Position numbers and translations under genes: made by a program. The notes under the pieces are model-generated. The model saw only the letters and a program-made list of their open reading frames with translations, searched no databases and was not told the DNA's origin. A DNA stretch of 64,000 bases from Podarcis liolepis (Eukaryota), in assembly GCA_965112155.1 (NCBI GenBank), contig OZ218103.1. The stretch is one strand, 5' to 3'. This document shows, one piece after another, positions 40,201 to 52,553 of this stretch (positions are counted from its first letter, which is position 1; each line of letters starts with the position of its first letter).

Positions 40201-43200
40201 CAGATACTAACAGCCTGTAAAGTAGGAATGGAAACCTGTAGTCTAGCAACATCTGGAGAGCTACAAGATCCATCATGCTGACTATTAGCCCTGCTGGCTG
40301 GGGCTGATGGGAGTTGGAGTCCCAGTAACATCTGGGGGCTGCAGATTCCTGATTCCCCACACCCGTTAAGAGGCTTCTGCACTAATTTGTTCATAGAAAA
40401 TGAGCTTATCTATGAACATGGCACATTAGCATGTTCTCCTTAATCAGGTCTAGCTGGAATATTGAGGAAACTCTTGCCGAAACAGTAAATAAGAGGCTGG
40501 CTCCTCTCTCCCCAAGACACCTTCCTGCCCAAAGATCCTCACCTGAATTTGCTGCCCCATGGAACAGGAGGGGCGCAACTCTCGGCCGGGCCCGCTGCGC
40601 ATGCGAAAGGCCCCTTGTCTGTCCAGGGAATGTGGCCGCGCATTACGCAGCCGAGTCCGTTCGTGCCACGATTTTAGCTCTTCTGTCACGGCCGACTTGG
40701 AGAGGACTCGGGGCCCCATCGGGGAGCAGTCCTTCAGAGATGGGGTGCGCACCACCCTGCTGTGAGAAACAACCGACCGGTGGAACCGCACAGGCACCGC
40801 CTCTTCCTTGTAGGCAAAATGGGCGGAGCTTACAGACAGGAAGGGCGGCCGGCTGTGGCCAAGCTCCCGCCCAGCTGGCAGGTGGTTGTCATATTCAACG
40901 GCAGAGAAGTAGCCCAGCGGTGAGAGCAGCTTCTGAGGACACTGGCAGTGGTATTCGGGCCCATTCCCCTTGGAGGTCTGGTTCTGAAACGGCTGCAGGG
41001 GCTCCTCCACGGGGACCGAGGAGCTTGGCTTCAGGAAGGAGATGTCGGGGCTGCTGCTACCGGCAGAGGTGGTATAGGAGATGCTGGAGACATCCGAATT
41101 GCTGTCTTCTGAGGCGGAGTGGTAGGTGGGCTTGGCGGCTGGGTTGGCCTTGGGCACAGAGAAGCAGTACTCGGGGACGGTGACAGTGTAGTAGGTGGGA
41201 CGCCGCCTTGGCAATGCGCTTCTTCCACGGGACTCGAAGCCTTCCCGGGATGAACACACCCTGGAGGCCAGAAGGAGAGAGTTAAGACCATCTATCAGGA
41301 GCTCGCAATGGCCACCTTAACACCTTTGAAGCACTTCCCCCTAAGGATTATGGGAGGTGTAGTTCATTCAGGGCACTGAGAGTCGTTAGGAGGCCCCCTT
41401 CCCCTCACACACCTACAGTTCTTAGAGTTCCCTACAAGGAAGGATTGATTGTTAAATCCAGGGCTTTTTTCATCCGGAACTCAGGTGGGCGCCATTGCCA
41501 TTACAAGAGAACAAGGGAGCAGTTTAGAAAAAACAGCACTGGTTAAACCACTCTAGGAATTGTCAGGAGAACTCCAAGAACATTATGTCAGATGTGGGGA
41601 GGAGAAAGGAGAAATGCTTACATTGCCACAGCAATCTCCTTAGAGCTGCTTTGCATTATTATATGCTTCCTTTGTATAGTTTATTCTGCACGCAATTGGA
41701 AAAAGGAGGGTCATGAAACAAAGCCCCAGCCCTTAACTGCTGGAAATCCTGTTTGCCCTTCCTCTAGCTTCCAACATATTCCCAAACATTGCTCATTTGC
41801 CTTCAAGCCTATTTTCATAGCTAGGAGGACTAGAAAACCCTTTTTGCAAAATAATAATAATAATAACAACAACAAAAATAACCGAGAGCTGAGATTCCCA
41901 AAACGCTGAATTTTAAATTTTGCATTTGTGAGGCCTGATAATAGAAGCACAACGTACATATAGCCTCACCCCAAGGTATCTGACATGTTCAAACTTCAAA
42001 GAGTGATTAGGTACCAACAGGCAGGGCCACCTGCTTGAGTACGTGAATTGACCATAAGTCCATAGAGTACCTCATCAGTTGAGGTTGTCCTCTCCTTCCC
42101 AGGAACTCAGGTGTCTGTGGGGCACTGGAACCAGCCTGTTTCCTTACTTCCAGCTTCCTGGGAGGAGCAAAGTGGCATGGCGATGCCTCAGCAGTTGTCT
42201 GAGGGGTACGGCTGGGTGACGGTTGAGACAGCAGGCCTGGACTGCTGTAACAGAACACAATAAGAACATCAAGTAAGAAACTGCCTGCAGTCCTGTCATC
42301 TTTCTTTGTGTGCAAAGGAGTGAGAGGCTCTGGTCAGGGGTCAAATCCCCCTCCCTTTCATCTCCCCTAAGAGTGAAAAACAGGAGTAAAAAGAGAAAGC
42401 AAGACTCAAGTGGGTCCACAAAACCCGCTGTTCTGGCTTAGTTAATTGGACTACTAAGTTTCTAGGTCAGTGGTTCTCAAAGGACACTTTCCCCAATGCA
42501 ATTGTGAAGCCTATATTGGCTGGGATTTACAGGCAATTTCATTTCATGTTATTAAATTAAGCAACTTTAAGGTGGATTTGTGGAAATAAAAAAATGGAAA
42601 CATTGCACAATCACAATAAAGCAGCAAAACAATACAATGCTTATTGTTCTTAAAATGAAGTAAAGGACAGACTCTACAGTAGCTTCCATATTACATGCAT
42701 GCAAACAAACATTAACAGAGGCTGATCTCAAGACCACGCAAGCATATCCAAAGAAGAGGGAGAGAAGAAAGGTCTTGACCTTGGCACACTGCTGGGCTCA
42801 GTAGATTTCTTTGGCTTTTCATAGGGCTTGTCCAGACTGGTCTCTTTCCATGGGCTGTTTTGGATGGGAGAGCACTCCACGTCAGTGGCTTGGTAGTGGG
42901 TTTGCCCTTCTAGTAGCGCAGAACGCAGAGGCTGAGCCAAAGAACCAGGCGGGGGTTGGAGGCGAGCTGAAGCTGTGAGCATTGGCGGAAGATGGGCGCT
43001 CAGCACCTGGGATTCTTCAGAAAAGGAAAAGGAAAGAACTGCAGCATTCCAACGCTAAAACCTGGATGGTAGCATTATCTACTGAGTTACATTCAAGGTG
43101 CTGGAACTGGTGTACAAATCCCTATGCATCTTGGGACCAGGGTACCTAAAATATCATCTCACCCCTTACAAACCCACTCAATCACTGCACTCTGCAGGTG

Positions 43201-46200
43201 AGGGCCTCCTGCAAATACCATATTGTAATGGGGTCAACCCTGCACAATACAGGAATTGGGCCTTTAGTGTGCTGGAATCTGCCCCTTGGAATTCCCTCTG
43301 TTGTGTTTTCAGCACCTGTGAAGACTTTCCAGTTCCAACAAGCCATTTAAATGGAGGACTTCATCCCAAACTGCATCTATACTGGAACTACTTTTAACAG
43401 TTTTCATATGTGGAATTGTTTGTAATTGTTTTATGTACAGAACTGTTTTTAACTGTTTTACACTTTTCTTGTTTTATAGTTGTGACTATTTTGCTTGTTT
43501 CAAAACTGTTTATTTTATTGCTGTAGTCTACCCTGGCACCTTATAGTAAAAGGCAAGTAAGATATCTAATAATAGATTTTTTAAAAAGCATGAATAACCA
43601 CTGGTTTAGGCTATATCATTCAAAATATACCAAATCACTTATCACAGACTCTTATCACTCTAGATTAAACCAAAACAGGATGTGGAATTTAGCAGATATC
43701 CACAGTCACAAAAGACCCACTTATCAGTCACCTTTGTACTTGAATCTTCTGAAAATTTAGATGAGATCCATTCACTAACTCTCTTCTCTGTCTTGCAAGT
43801 CTAGCTGGCTGCTGTGGCCTAATTCTTAGTCATGTGGTATGAATCAGGGCCAAACCTCGACAAGATGTCAGAGAGCAGTGATCAGATACAGTTTGTCTCT
43901 TCAAAGGCTTAACTACCACTTTACGCTAGGTGAAGGAAAGTCACAAGCACACGGTAATGACAGTGCAGAGATCACAGTTATCTAGTTTACCTTCTTCTAC
44001 CGCAACAGCATCCAACAAAGAGTTCTCATCAGAGGCACTGAACCCTGGGGAAGACACAAGAATTGGCACAGACAAGGAGGAACAATGATCAGATTTTCAA
44101 GCAGTTATTAGAACCCTCTGATGCTCCCTAGAAATATGTGCTCATAAATCCCACTGAGCTTCTAGAAAGGGGAAATAAAAGCTCCCTCTCCCTCTCTCTC
44201 TCACACACATACTTCTTAGTTCTGAGCTAATTCCCAGAGCCTCAAACCACATCATTCAAAGCCCTGCATTCACACACACTTAAGCTCCTCAAAGAGATAT
44301 TCCCTGATGCAGTGAATTAATAGTAATTGGGAGGGGATTTAGAGTCATATTTGGGGAATCTTCTTCCCAAACAGGCAAAACACTTAATTACGAATTAATA
44401 TTTTAAAAATTCTTTCACTCTTCAAATGCAGTATGGATGCTATAAACTGGCCGTAATCCAATGCAGAGTTAAGTGCCCTCAATCTGATTGATTTTCGGAG
44501 GCCTTAAGCATGCTTAACTCTGTGTTGAAATGCAGCTGCCAGCCACTGAGTTTCTTTTACTGCCTGCCCCCAGGCGATTCTGTGGCCAACGGGAGGGCCA
44601 GATGGCCTCATTCAGAAGCTGAGACCTCTTGCCCAATCTGCCTAGACATCTCGTCCATCAGCAGGGCAGCTGTGGGATTCCTCAGGCAAGCGGCAGAGGA
44701 GGGAAGCAGCAATTTCTCACGTGCAAACATGCATCTTCCTGCAGTCTTGCGCAAAAAACGCTGGACAGAGAATATAAGCAACCGCCCACCCACACCAGTG
44801 GACCTATTATCAATATACCGTAGATGCTTCCTTAATGGAATACCTGGGCAAGAACCATCAGAATGTAAGACGAGTCTGCTGGATCGGGCCAGTGGCCAAT
44901 GGCCCACCTTGTCCAGCATCCTGTTCTCACGGTGGCCGACCAGACACACAAGGGAAGCCTACAAGCCAGAACATGAGCAGCCTGCCCACCTGTGGGTCCC
45001 AGGAACTGGTATTCAGAGTCATGGTGCCTCTGACAGCAGAGGCAGAAAATAGCAACCATGGCTAGATAGCCTTGCCCTCCACAAATTTGTCCAATCCTCT
45101 AACAAAGCCATCCAAACTGGGGGCCATTACTGCCTCCTGTTGGAGCAAATTCCATGGTTTAACGATGCACTGTGTGAAGCGCAGTGCATGGTCCTTCATC
45201 TTCCAATATTCAGCTTCATTGAGTGCCTGCAGTTTCTAGTGTTATGAGAGTGAGTGTTACAATGCCATGCCCTGCATGCTTATTTCCCACTGCACCCCAT
45301 GCAGCCAACTTCCCCAAGTCCCTATAAAACCAAGAGATTTGGATCCAGAGCTATCTAACTTTCTACGCCTTCCTAAGGGTTAATCTGGCACTGCAGGTCT
45401 TTGCGTCATTCGCTGCAAGTTTCTACATGCTTCCTCCTCCAGCTGGCTCTCCCTGTTCTTGATTGAGCTCACTTTGGCAACCGCTGACAGAAAACTGCAG
45501 TTTGCGTAGATTACAGGGGCAGGAAGAAGCCATAAAAGGTCAGTTTCCTCCCTTGAACTGGGATGAATTCCAACTAAACCACGCCTGTCAGAAGCCTGTC
45601 TGACCTACTTCTGATTTCTAAGGACAGATATTTAATTCCAGACTCTGTCTTCATTTCCTGACAACTCAAGGTTTTTTGGTTGGGTTTTTTTTATTATTAA
45701 TAAACCCTCTTCCTTATACTTACTCATTTCAATTTATCACCATTCAGTTTTGTCCTGCTGTACAGTGGCCACAAAGAACAATTTTACTATACAGTGGTAC
45801 CTCAGGTTAAGTACTTAATTTGTTCCGGAGTTCCGTTCTTAACCTTGAAGCACCACTTTAGCTAATGGGGCCTCCCACTGCCGCTGAGCCGCCAGAGCAC
45901 AATTTCTGTTCTCATCCTGAAGCAAAGTTCTTAACCTGAAGCACTATTTCTGGGTTAGCGGAGTCTGTAACCTGAAGCGTATGTAACCCGAGGTACCACT
46001 GTACCTCCCTTTGTATATTTTTATTGTCATTATCACCACACGCAAAGGACCCATTTCTCAGACCTGCCACTCTAAGCTCCAGCTCACCTTGTAAGGCTGG
46101 CGCACTGGCCCTCAGCTGTGACGAATGCCTGGCTGCCTGGCGGCACTCTGTGACAGACTGCTCCAGCTCCTTCAGCTTCTTTTCCTCCTTCAGCACAGCA

Positions 46201-49200
46201 CTTTTGCGGCGCTTCCGAACCTGCTTGGTGAGATTCTCTTCCCGGGACAGACATCGCGCTGCTTCAGCAATTTGCAGCTGCAGAGCTAGGTCTCTCTCCA
46301 ACATGCTCAGAGGATCCTGCGGAGGAGAACAGACATGGATTCCAAACTATGAAACTATGGAGCGACCCAGCGATTCAAAAGGGGGCACACAAGGACTAAA
46401 GTGGCAGAATCCAAAATCACAGCAATGGAGAAGCCTGGGGAAAGGCTGTACAGCTCAGTGGCAGAGCTTGCAAGAGATCCTAGGTTCAATTTCCAGCATC
46501 TTCAGCTGGGGCTGGGAAAGTCTGCTGCCTGCTAGTTTGTAATACACCAGGGTTTCCCAAACATGGGTCTCTAGCTGTTTTTGGACTACAACTCCCATCA
46601 TACCTAGCTAGCAGGCATCAGTGGTCAGGGATAATGGGAACTGTAGTCCAAAAACAGCTAGAGACCCAATTTTGAGAAACACGGGTATAGACAATACTGA
46701 ACTAGATGGACCAATGGTCCGATTGGGCGTTAGGCAGCTTCTTGTATTTCTAGGGCACTCTTGGCAGCTGGATGCTTCCAAGACATTACTACCATTACCC
46801 TATCCCCTGCTTCAACTCATAAATCATAGGCTCCTTCCTTACATCCTTTGGTAGATCAAATCAGATACTGAGTATGGCTTTCATGCATCTCCCAGTTACA
46901 TTCCATGTGCATTCTAGAGTGGTCGGATGAAAAGATAGCAGGGTTCTTGCATTTTTAATAGCTGCATAGAAGTGGGAACCTCAGTAAATGTAGCTTGCAT
47001 GACACCAGCTGCAATTCAACTATTAAAAGCACAGGAGCCCAAATGTCTTCTTTTGCATCTGAGCGCCCCAGTGCATTCAACTAGTGTAGAAAGGCATCAC
47101 AGGCTGAACTAAATCTTCCTGTCTCACTCACAGTCAGGATAATTAAATAACAATAGACGGGTGATTTCCCACTCCTTCAATGCCTGCTTATGAGCAGAAT
47201 GGAGATTCTAATCCAGTTTAGGGATTTGCGAATCCTGAGCCAGGGATGGTAATTATTCTGGATTTAAGAAATCCACAGGGGTGTGTTCTTCTGTATGAGC
47301 CATAGGACTGATGTCCTGGGCCCAGTTCCCAGCTGTCTGCCCTGCCCAGGCTTCTGAAGGAGGAAAACTATCCACAGACTAAGAGGAAATGTTCTATGTT
47401 TCTGGGGCAAGAGCTTCCTAATGGCTGGGGAAAGGGAGCAAAAAGGCAGGTTAGTAGGTGACATTCGGCAAGGTGAAGGTGAAATGAAAAGCTTTCCAAA
47501 GTTACGCTAAGTGTGTGTGTGAGAAAGAAGCTATGGTAAGCAAGAACACTTGTACAAAACACACACAATTCCACTTGGAGCCCACACCCTGTGCCACCCA
47601 CTATGGGTACACAGCAAAAAAATAATAAGCAGCACCACACCTAGGCCGCCTCCTACTAAGATTATTATTAAAACAGACGACAGGGGAGAGAAAGAGAGAG
47701 TGAGACTGCATAGCTGAAGAGTCAACAGATCCCACACCTTTGATGGAAATGAGGCCTAACTCCCTCTGTGTGTTTGGAGCCTGAAGCGTCTCTGTCCCTT
47801 TGGGAGTTTCTAACAGGATGCTGAACCCGAACAACCTCATCATTCCCCAAAGTCCTCTTTTAGCTGACAGCTGCTTCCTGGCACTGTATCGTCTTCAGTG
47901 GGAATTCACAGCATAATCCTAATGCAAGCCATTCCTTGTCAAGAAAGAAACGTGTTTGGGTTTTTCCTGGATTAGTTTAACTTGGTTTCAAAAACGGTGA
48001 AAACAAAAAAATTCCCCACTTCTATAAAGGCTGCCTGCCTGTTAAGAACTGCAGGTTCATGTAGACAATTGGTGAAAGGGATTACAGATGGAAAATTACA
48101 TGGGTATGTACATGCCCTCACCAGGGGGAAACTTGCTTTTCGCCCTCTTGCACTTGACACAGAGAACTCTTTTACTGTGCAAATTGAAATTGTGTGGCTT
48201 TTTGTTATCTCTGGCTGTAAAGGCTCTCAGAAGAAACCAGTTTGATTCTCAGTGAGGTGGTTTGCTGGTGATTGCCAGTAGAGAGGGGAAGTTGCTTTTG
48301 AATTGCAGCTTCATCTGCCAGGAAAAAATGGTCTAGTGACTCTAGTATCAGCAGCACAACATTTTTCTTCCCATCTCATTCTGGACACTTCTGTGCTTGC
48401 AGCAAGGGTTGCCATGACAGCTGGTAGTGACTCCCACCACAAGCAGATTTCCAAGCAGCGCCCTGGATAATTGGAAGTGTTGTTTCTGCCCATATTCCCT
48501 AAACTCAGGAGGAGAAGCACCTCAGCAAGATTCCCCTTACCACTCCTCTGGAGAGAAAGGCCTTCTCATCCAGTCTGAAAGCAGCACCAATTCGACGTCG
48601 GACCTTTGGAGCCACTTCTCCTGGTTTCAGAGGATACTCTGAAGGAAGCAATCCTGTCAGTTCCTGTCAAGAAAACAGCAAAGGGAAGGTTCAGTTCCTA
48701 GAACTGTGTACTTTCAGTCACACCCTGGGTCTTCAGAGCAGCTTACAAAATACCTGTCTATCAATCTCTCTCTCTAAATAGGATCTCATGCCATTATTTT
48801 GTTAGCTTGGCAGCTTCTTCTATTTCCTCAGTGTCCCATGACATCAAGTTAACCTCAGGCACAGAAGACAGCCATAGATAGATGCCACACAAAATAACCA
48901 GGCCTGAGTTCATTCCAAACCAAAGCTGCTTTTTTTTTTTAAGTGCAGCCAGACCCAAAATGGACAGTTACGGTACTGGGTGGGGAGAGGTGGGCAGTTC
49001 AAAAATTCAAATTATGCAAAAGTTGTATTATGTTAGGTGATGAAAAAGTGACTGATAAAAATGTGAAAAGTAATTTAAGTAGTCCAGACTCCCGCAAACC
49101 AGGTCCTGTTCAACCATACCCATTTCTCTTCCCTTTGCCAAAGACATGCCCCACACTCCACTGTTAGTTGGGAGTTCAAGATTCCTCTTGTGTGAAGTTT

Positions 49201-49328
49201 GACTATAACACTCTTCTGCATTAGTGCTGCCAGATTCCCAGTTCTGGGGATTTTCTCCCACTCTTTGTAGGCTTCCAAATGTCATGAAATGTGTCTCTAA
49301 GCAAGAAAGTATGTATGCACACACACAT

Positions 49329-49364
<36 letters not shown>

Positions 49365-52300
49365 TGCACAGGTGTGCTGTAGCAGTGTGTGCTTTGTGCT
49401 CCAATTACAATGGCAAACCACTGGGCAGCTCTAAATTTCCTTTTAAAAAACATTTTCCCTAAACATATTTACAAATCCAATTATTTCCAGTGCCCCCTGA
49501 AAACTAATGGCAAGGCACATGAAGAGATAGTGTTAGGTAGGAAATAGACTGGGGAAGTAATAGAAAGTTCCGGAAAATATTCCCTAAAACATTCAAGAGA
49601 GCAAGGTACAGTTCTGGTGTCCTGCAAAACCAACCAACCAACCAAAAACCCATTTGTTTTGTACTCTTTTAACTGAGGGTAATAGCAATAGGCTAGAAAG
49701 GGTAGTTTATTGTTTTAATTATTTTCTCCTTGACGCATTAAAATACCACAACTAATAGTGGTTGGTTTGATGGGTTGGTTCTGATCCAGGGGGCCCAGAA
49801 AATTTTCTCTGGGAGAAACTTCCACGTTCAATTTTTAACTATTTGCAGTATCTCAGGTCAGGAGGGAAAAGTTACCTCATCAGATTCACTTGCAGCATAT
49901 GGCTAGGCTTGCTTAATTAAGCTTGTTAATTATGGGTTGCTTTAGAAGTTAACGTCTTGAATAATGCAGGAGCAACTCTCCAATGGGGAAAGTGTTCTTG
50001 ATACAGTCTTTGCCCTTTCTTCGCCCCCAGATATTTTCTCCTAGTACTACCTTTGGGTTACATTGCCCCTCCCTCATGTCTGAGTGTCTTTGATCTTTGA
50101 GGAAAGCCTCTCCAGTTTCTGTGAGCGTCCGAGTCCAAAGAACCACAGCCCTTAAAGATGGGCCCTCTTTACTTTAGCAGGACACCTCATGCAGCCCAAA
50201 GGGTGTGTGGCAACCCGGCAGACTTCCTGGCCCCTTACCGCTTCGCGCAAACACAGCCTTCGCAGCTCCTGCACACAGGCCTCTAGTCGCTCCTCCAGTG
50301 CCTTCTGCTGTTTCCTCATAGCTTGTGTCAGATCCTTCATTGGAGACATGGGGCTGTCTAGTCCTGGAAGGGTTGAGACAGACACAGACTGATGACCTGT
50401 CAGGTGCTACGGGCGGGAAGGGAAGCAGCAATATTTAATGACCCATACAGAGATGCCCTTGGGCAACTTTCTGGAGCCAGCTGCAGGTCTTGCGAATGCA
50501 TCTTAAAGACCGGTGTCATTAGCAGTTATCATAAAAATGGCATGGGACATCAAAGGAGAGGCTGTCTTGACAGCTCATCAGGTGGGGTATGGAATGTGTA
50601 CAACAGCCAGGACTGATTAGCTCTTACTTCCAAGCTGCAAGCACCTCAAGGTCATCACAGATCAGATAAGGAAGAGACTCCATGGTGATATTCCTGATCA
50701 TTAAGTTTATTACAGAACTAAGCAAACAGATTGGGTGCTCTGCTCACAGACCGGAACAAAAAGGAGTCTTTGATATTTGTAAGCCTTAAGACAGCAGTTC
50801 CAGAAGATTTTAGCTCATGCTGCTTCTTCCACAGATCAGAGGCACTCAGCCAGATTGTTGACTCCTCACAAGCCACATAAAGGTCAGATCTCAACCCACA
50901 CTAGCTCATTCATACAGGACAATAGGAGACCATTCCCTCATAAGTGTAGGGGTGGGTGCAGGGGTGTGTGAAACCATACAACACTTTCTGAGTGGTGATG
51001 GTAGAAGAAACGTCTCCAGTTTAGAACTAACTTGCTAAACTGGGAGCAGTTTCTATTCAGATGTGCCCTGAGATATCAAATAAGCACTTGGGGTTGCAAA
51101 AGGAATCAGACTAGGAAGTGGACGCTGAACTCTCTTATTATTTTGTTTGTCTGGATCCCCCACTGCAACTCTTGCTTAGAGCTGCCACGCACTATAGATC
51201 CCAAAGTAGTGCTGTTCACTGGCATGAGCCCACCCTATGAAAAAAGATTACCATTCATTGTCTGTACACACAGATAGTTCAAAACCATTAAGAGATGCAT
51301 CATATGCCATAGCTTCCTACATGAGAGGGAATCTTGTTGTATATACAACATCACATCTTAAGTGTGGCCTGATTATTTACTTCTACCACAAGTATGTTGT
51401 TCAGCACTTTTACGCTAATTGTTCATGGAAGCTGTTTCTAAAGTTTATATATAACTAAGTAAGTACAATGATCAGATATTACTCATGCAGAAAGTATGCC
51501 ACATACCGAGCAGCCAAAGGATTTTAGTGAAATAGTCTCCTACGGAGTCATCAGTAGGGATTACGTCCACTTTGCAACACCCCGGATGGTACTCAACTAA
51601 GTTTTACTCAGAGTAATACCAATGAAATCAATGAGCATGACTAAGTTAGGTCCATTAATTTCAATGGGTCTACCCTGAGTAAGTTGAACACTACCCTCTG
51701 CCTGTATTTCAATGCTACTAAGGTTTTTTGAAAAGAAATCTTTTATGATGAGGAACCAGTTATATCACAAGATAGAATAATAGAATTGTAGAGTTGGAAA
51801 GGGACCACAAGGATCATCTAGTCCAACCCCCTGCAATGGAGGAATCTTTTACCCAATGTGGGGCTCGAACCCACAAGCCTGAGATTGAGAAGCACAATAC
51901 TTTAAACTGGTTGGGGGAGGGGAGAAACTGTGGTCTTTCAGATATTGTTGGACTACAACTCTCATAATCCCTTAACACTGGCCAAGTTGGCTGCACTTAA
52001 TGGGAGTCCCACAACATTTGACGTGTCACAGGTTCCCCACAGGTTCCTCCTGTTTTTAAAGCACTAGGATTCCGCCATGTAACACCAGCCCCCAAAATCC
52101 AAGCCCACCCTTGATAGCCCTTGCTCCTGTCTCCATGTGTCCACGCAAGATCACACTCTTTTCTGGTATCCTGGGCATCCCCAGCTGAACACTTTGGGCT
52201 ACATCATAGCCCAGCTAGGAGGAAGCCGGACTGAAATAGAATCAACAAGGAGCCAGCCATGACTAATGAGTCAGAGGGTTCTTTTCACAGCTGTGCTTTG

Positions 52301-52553
52301 ATCTCCATGCAGCTGTGGTGATACCTTCTAGTCTAATCTTCTATGGTAAGTTTACAGGCTTGGGGCAGAAAGAAGACCCCCCACCCACCCCAAACAGTGC
52401 AGTCATTCTTGCTTAAACCTGTTGACACAGGAACAAATCCAGGAGACGATGCTGGCACTACATGATAATGAGCAGGAATTTCCCCATCCGTCACTCACCT
52501 GACTGTACTATGATCCCACTGTCTGTGTCACTGGTCTCATCCTTACTCTTCAT
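37111..52553 (-). CDS. INAVA: Innate immunity activator (C1orf106); complete 9-exon CDS, 601 aa, with N-terminal CUPID/DUF3338 coiled-coil region
   Basis: Starts [19 protein letters not shown]; contains [20 protein letters not shown] and [11 protein letters not shown]; ends [17 protein letters not shown]. Exon lengths 55+125+123+229+54+235+174+718+93 = 1806 nt. In-frame TAG 4 codons upstream of the ATG. Syntenic with KIF21B. Confidence 0.93.
37972..38140. mobile_element. Tc1/mariner (pogo-like) MITE
   Basis: TA|CCGTATTTTT ... AAAAATACGG|TA. Confidence 0.8.
39036..39108 (-). mobile_element. Sauria SINE 3' fragment
   Basis: GGTAAAGGACCC...GTCCAGTC...GCGGCGCTCATCTC matches the reverse complement of the Sauria SINE tail (recognised from memory). 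Confidence 0.6.
40543..41260 (-). CDS. INAVA: INAVA large exon (...[12 protein letters not shown]...VVRTPSLKD...[20 protein letters not shown]...[10 protein letters not shown]...QIQ)
   Basis: tccag|G ... CAG|gtgagg; 718 nt; conserved INAVA/CCDC120-family motifs. Confidence 0.93.
41459..41541. mobile_element. Internally deleted hAT MITE nested in another MITE-like repeat (~41310-41565)
   Basis: CAGGGCTTTTT...AAACAGCACTG; TSD GTTAAATC / GTTAAACC. Confidence 0.6.
42071..42244 (-). CDS. INAVA: INAVA exon (SPGLLSQP...[18 protein letters not shown])
   Basis: tacag|CAG tandem acceptor ... AG|gtactc. Confidence 0.85.
42780..43014 (-). CDS. INAVA: INAVA exon (SQVLSAHL...[21 protein letters not shown]...VP)
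   Basis: tgaag|AA ... AG|gtcaag; conserved [18 protein letters not shown] motif. Confidence 0.88.
43085..43565 (+). mobile_element. L2/CR1-clade LINE 3' fragment
   Basis: [18 protein letters not shown]...AFSV...APWNSL motif followed by a T-rich 3'UTR. Confidence 0.65.
43991..44044 (-). CDS. INAVA: INAVA exon ([17 protein letters not shown])
   Basis: cccag|GG ... G|gtaaac; 54 nt. Confidence 0.85.
44865..45250 (-). mobile_element. CR1-type LINE 3' fragment
   Basis: Reverse of the ORF2 end (...[12 protein letters not shown]...) and 3'UTR; related pieces at ~13.1, 55.5 and 63.9 kb. Confidence 0.65.
45792..46001. mobile_element. Tc1/mariner MITE
   Basis: TA|CAGTGGTACCTC ... GAGGTACCACTG|TA; closely related copy at 63390-63615. 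Confidence 0.88.
46088..46316 (-). CDS. INAVA: INAVA exon ([16 protein letters not shown]...APALQ)
   Basis: cgcag|GAT ... G|gtgagc. Confidence 0.92.
46441..46755 (+). mobile_element. tRNA-derived SINE (Squam3-like) split by a hairpin hAT MITE (~46548-46684)
   Basis: Box A CAGCTCAGTGG and box B GGTTCAATT; SINE tail AGACAATACTGAACTAGATGGACC resumes after the MITE. Confidence 0.65.
48541..48663 (-). CDS. INAVA: INAVA exon ([41 protein letters not shown])
   Basis: gacag|GAA ... GTG|gtaagg. Confidence 0.92.
49318..49362. repeat. (CA)n microsatellite
   Basis: Read directly. Confidence 0.9.
50239..50363 (-). CDS. INAVA: INAVA exon ([11 protein letters not shown]...LCLREA)
   Basis: ttccag|GA ... 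GCG|gtaagg. Confidence 0.92.
51771..51905 (-). mobile_element. SINE with tRNA-Lys-like head and CR1-derived 3' tail
   Basis: Reverse strand: TCTCAGG...GTGGGTTCGAGCCCCACATTGGG (tRNA 3' half, box B), then GGGGGTTGGACTAGATGATCC...TTCCAACTCTAC...ATTCTAT (CR1 tail). Confidence 0.7.
52499..52553 (-). CDS. INAVA: INAVA first coding exon ([18 protein letters not shown])
   Basis: gtcATG ... G|gtgagt. Confidence 0.9.

Noticed and set aside
40431-41183. 250-aa plus-strand ORF
   Set aside because: Antisense shadow of the GC-rich large INAVA exon
44510-45052. 180-aa ORF
   Set aside because: Runs across repeat fragments including an antisense CR1 3' end; no splice or domain support
50364-50406. Upstream alternative acceptor for the second INAVA coding exon
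   Set aside because: A 43-nt extension would shift the frame
51845-51905. tRNA gene
   Set aside because: Only a degenerate tRNA-Lys-like half fused to a CR1 tail, so it is a SINE
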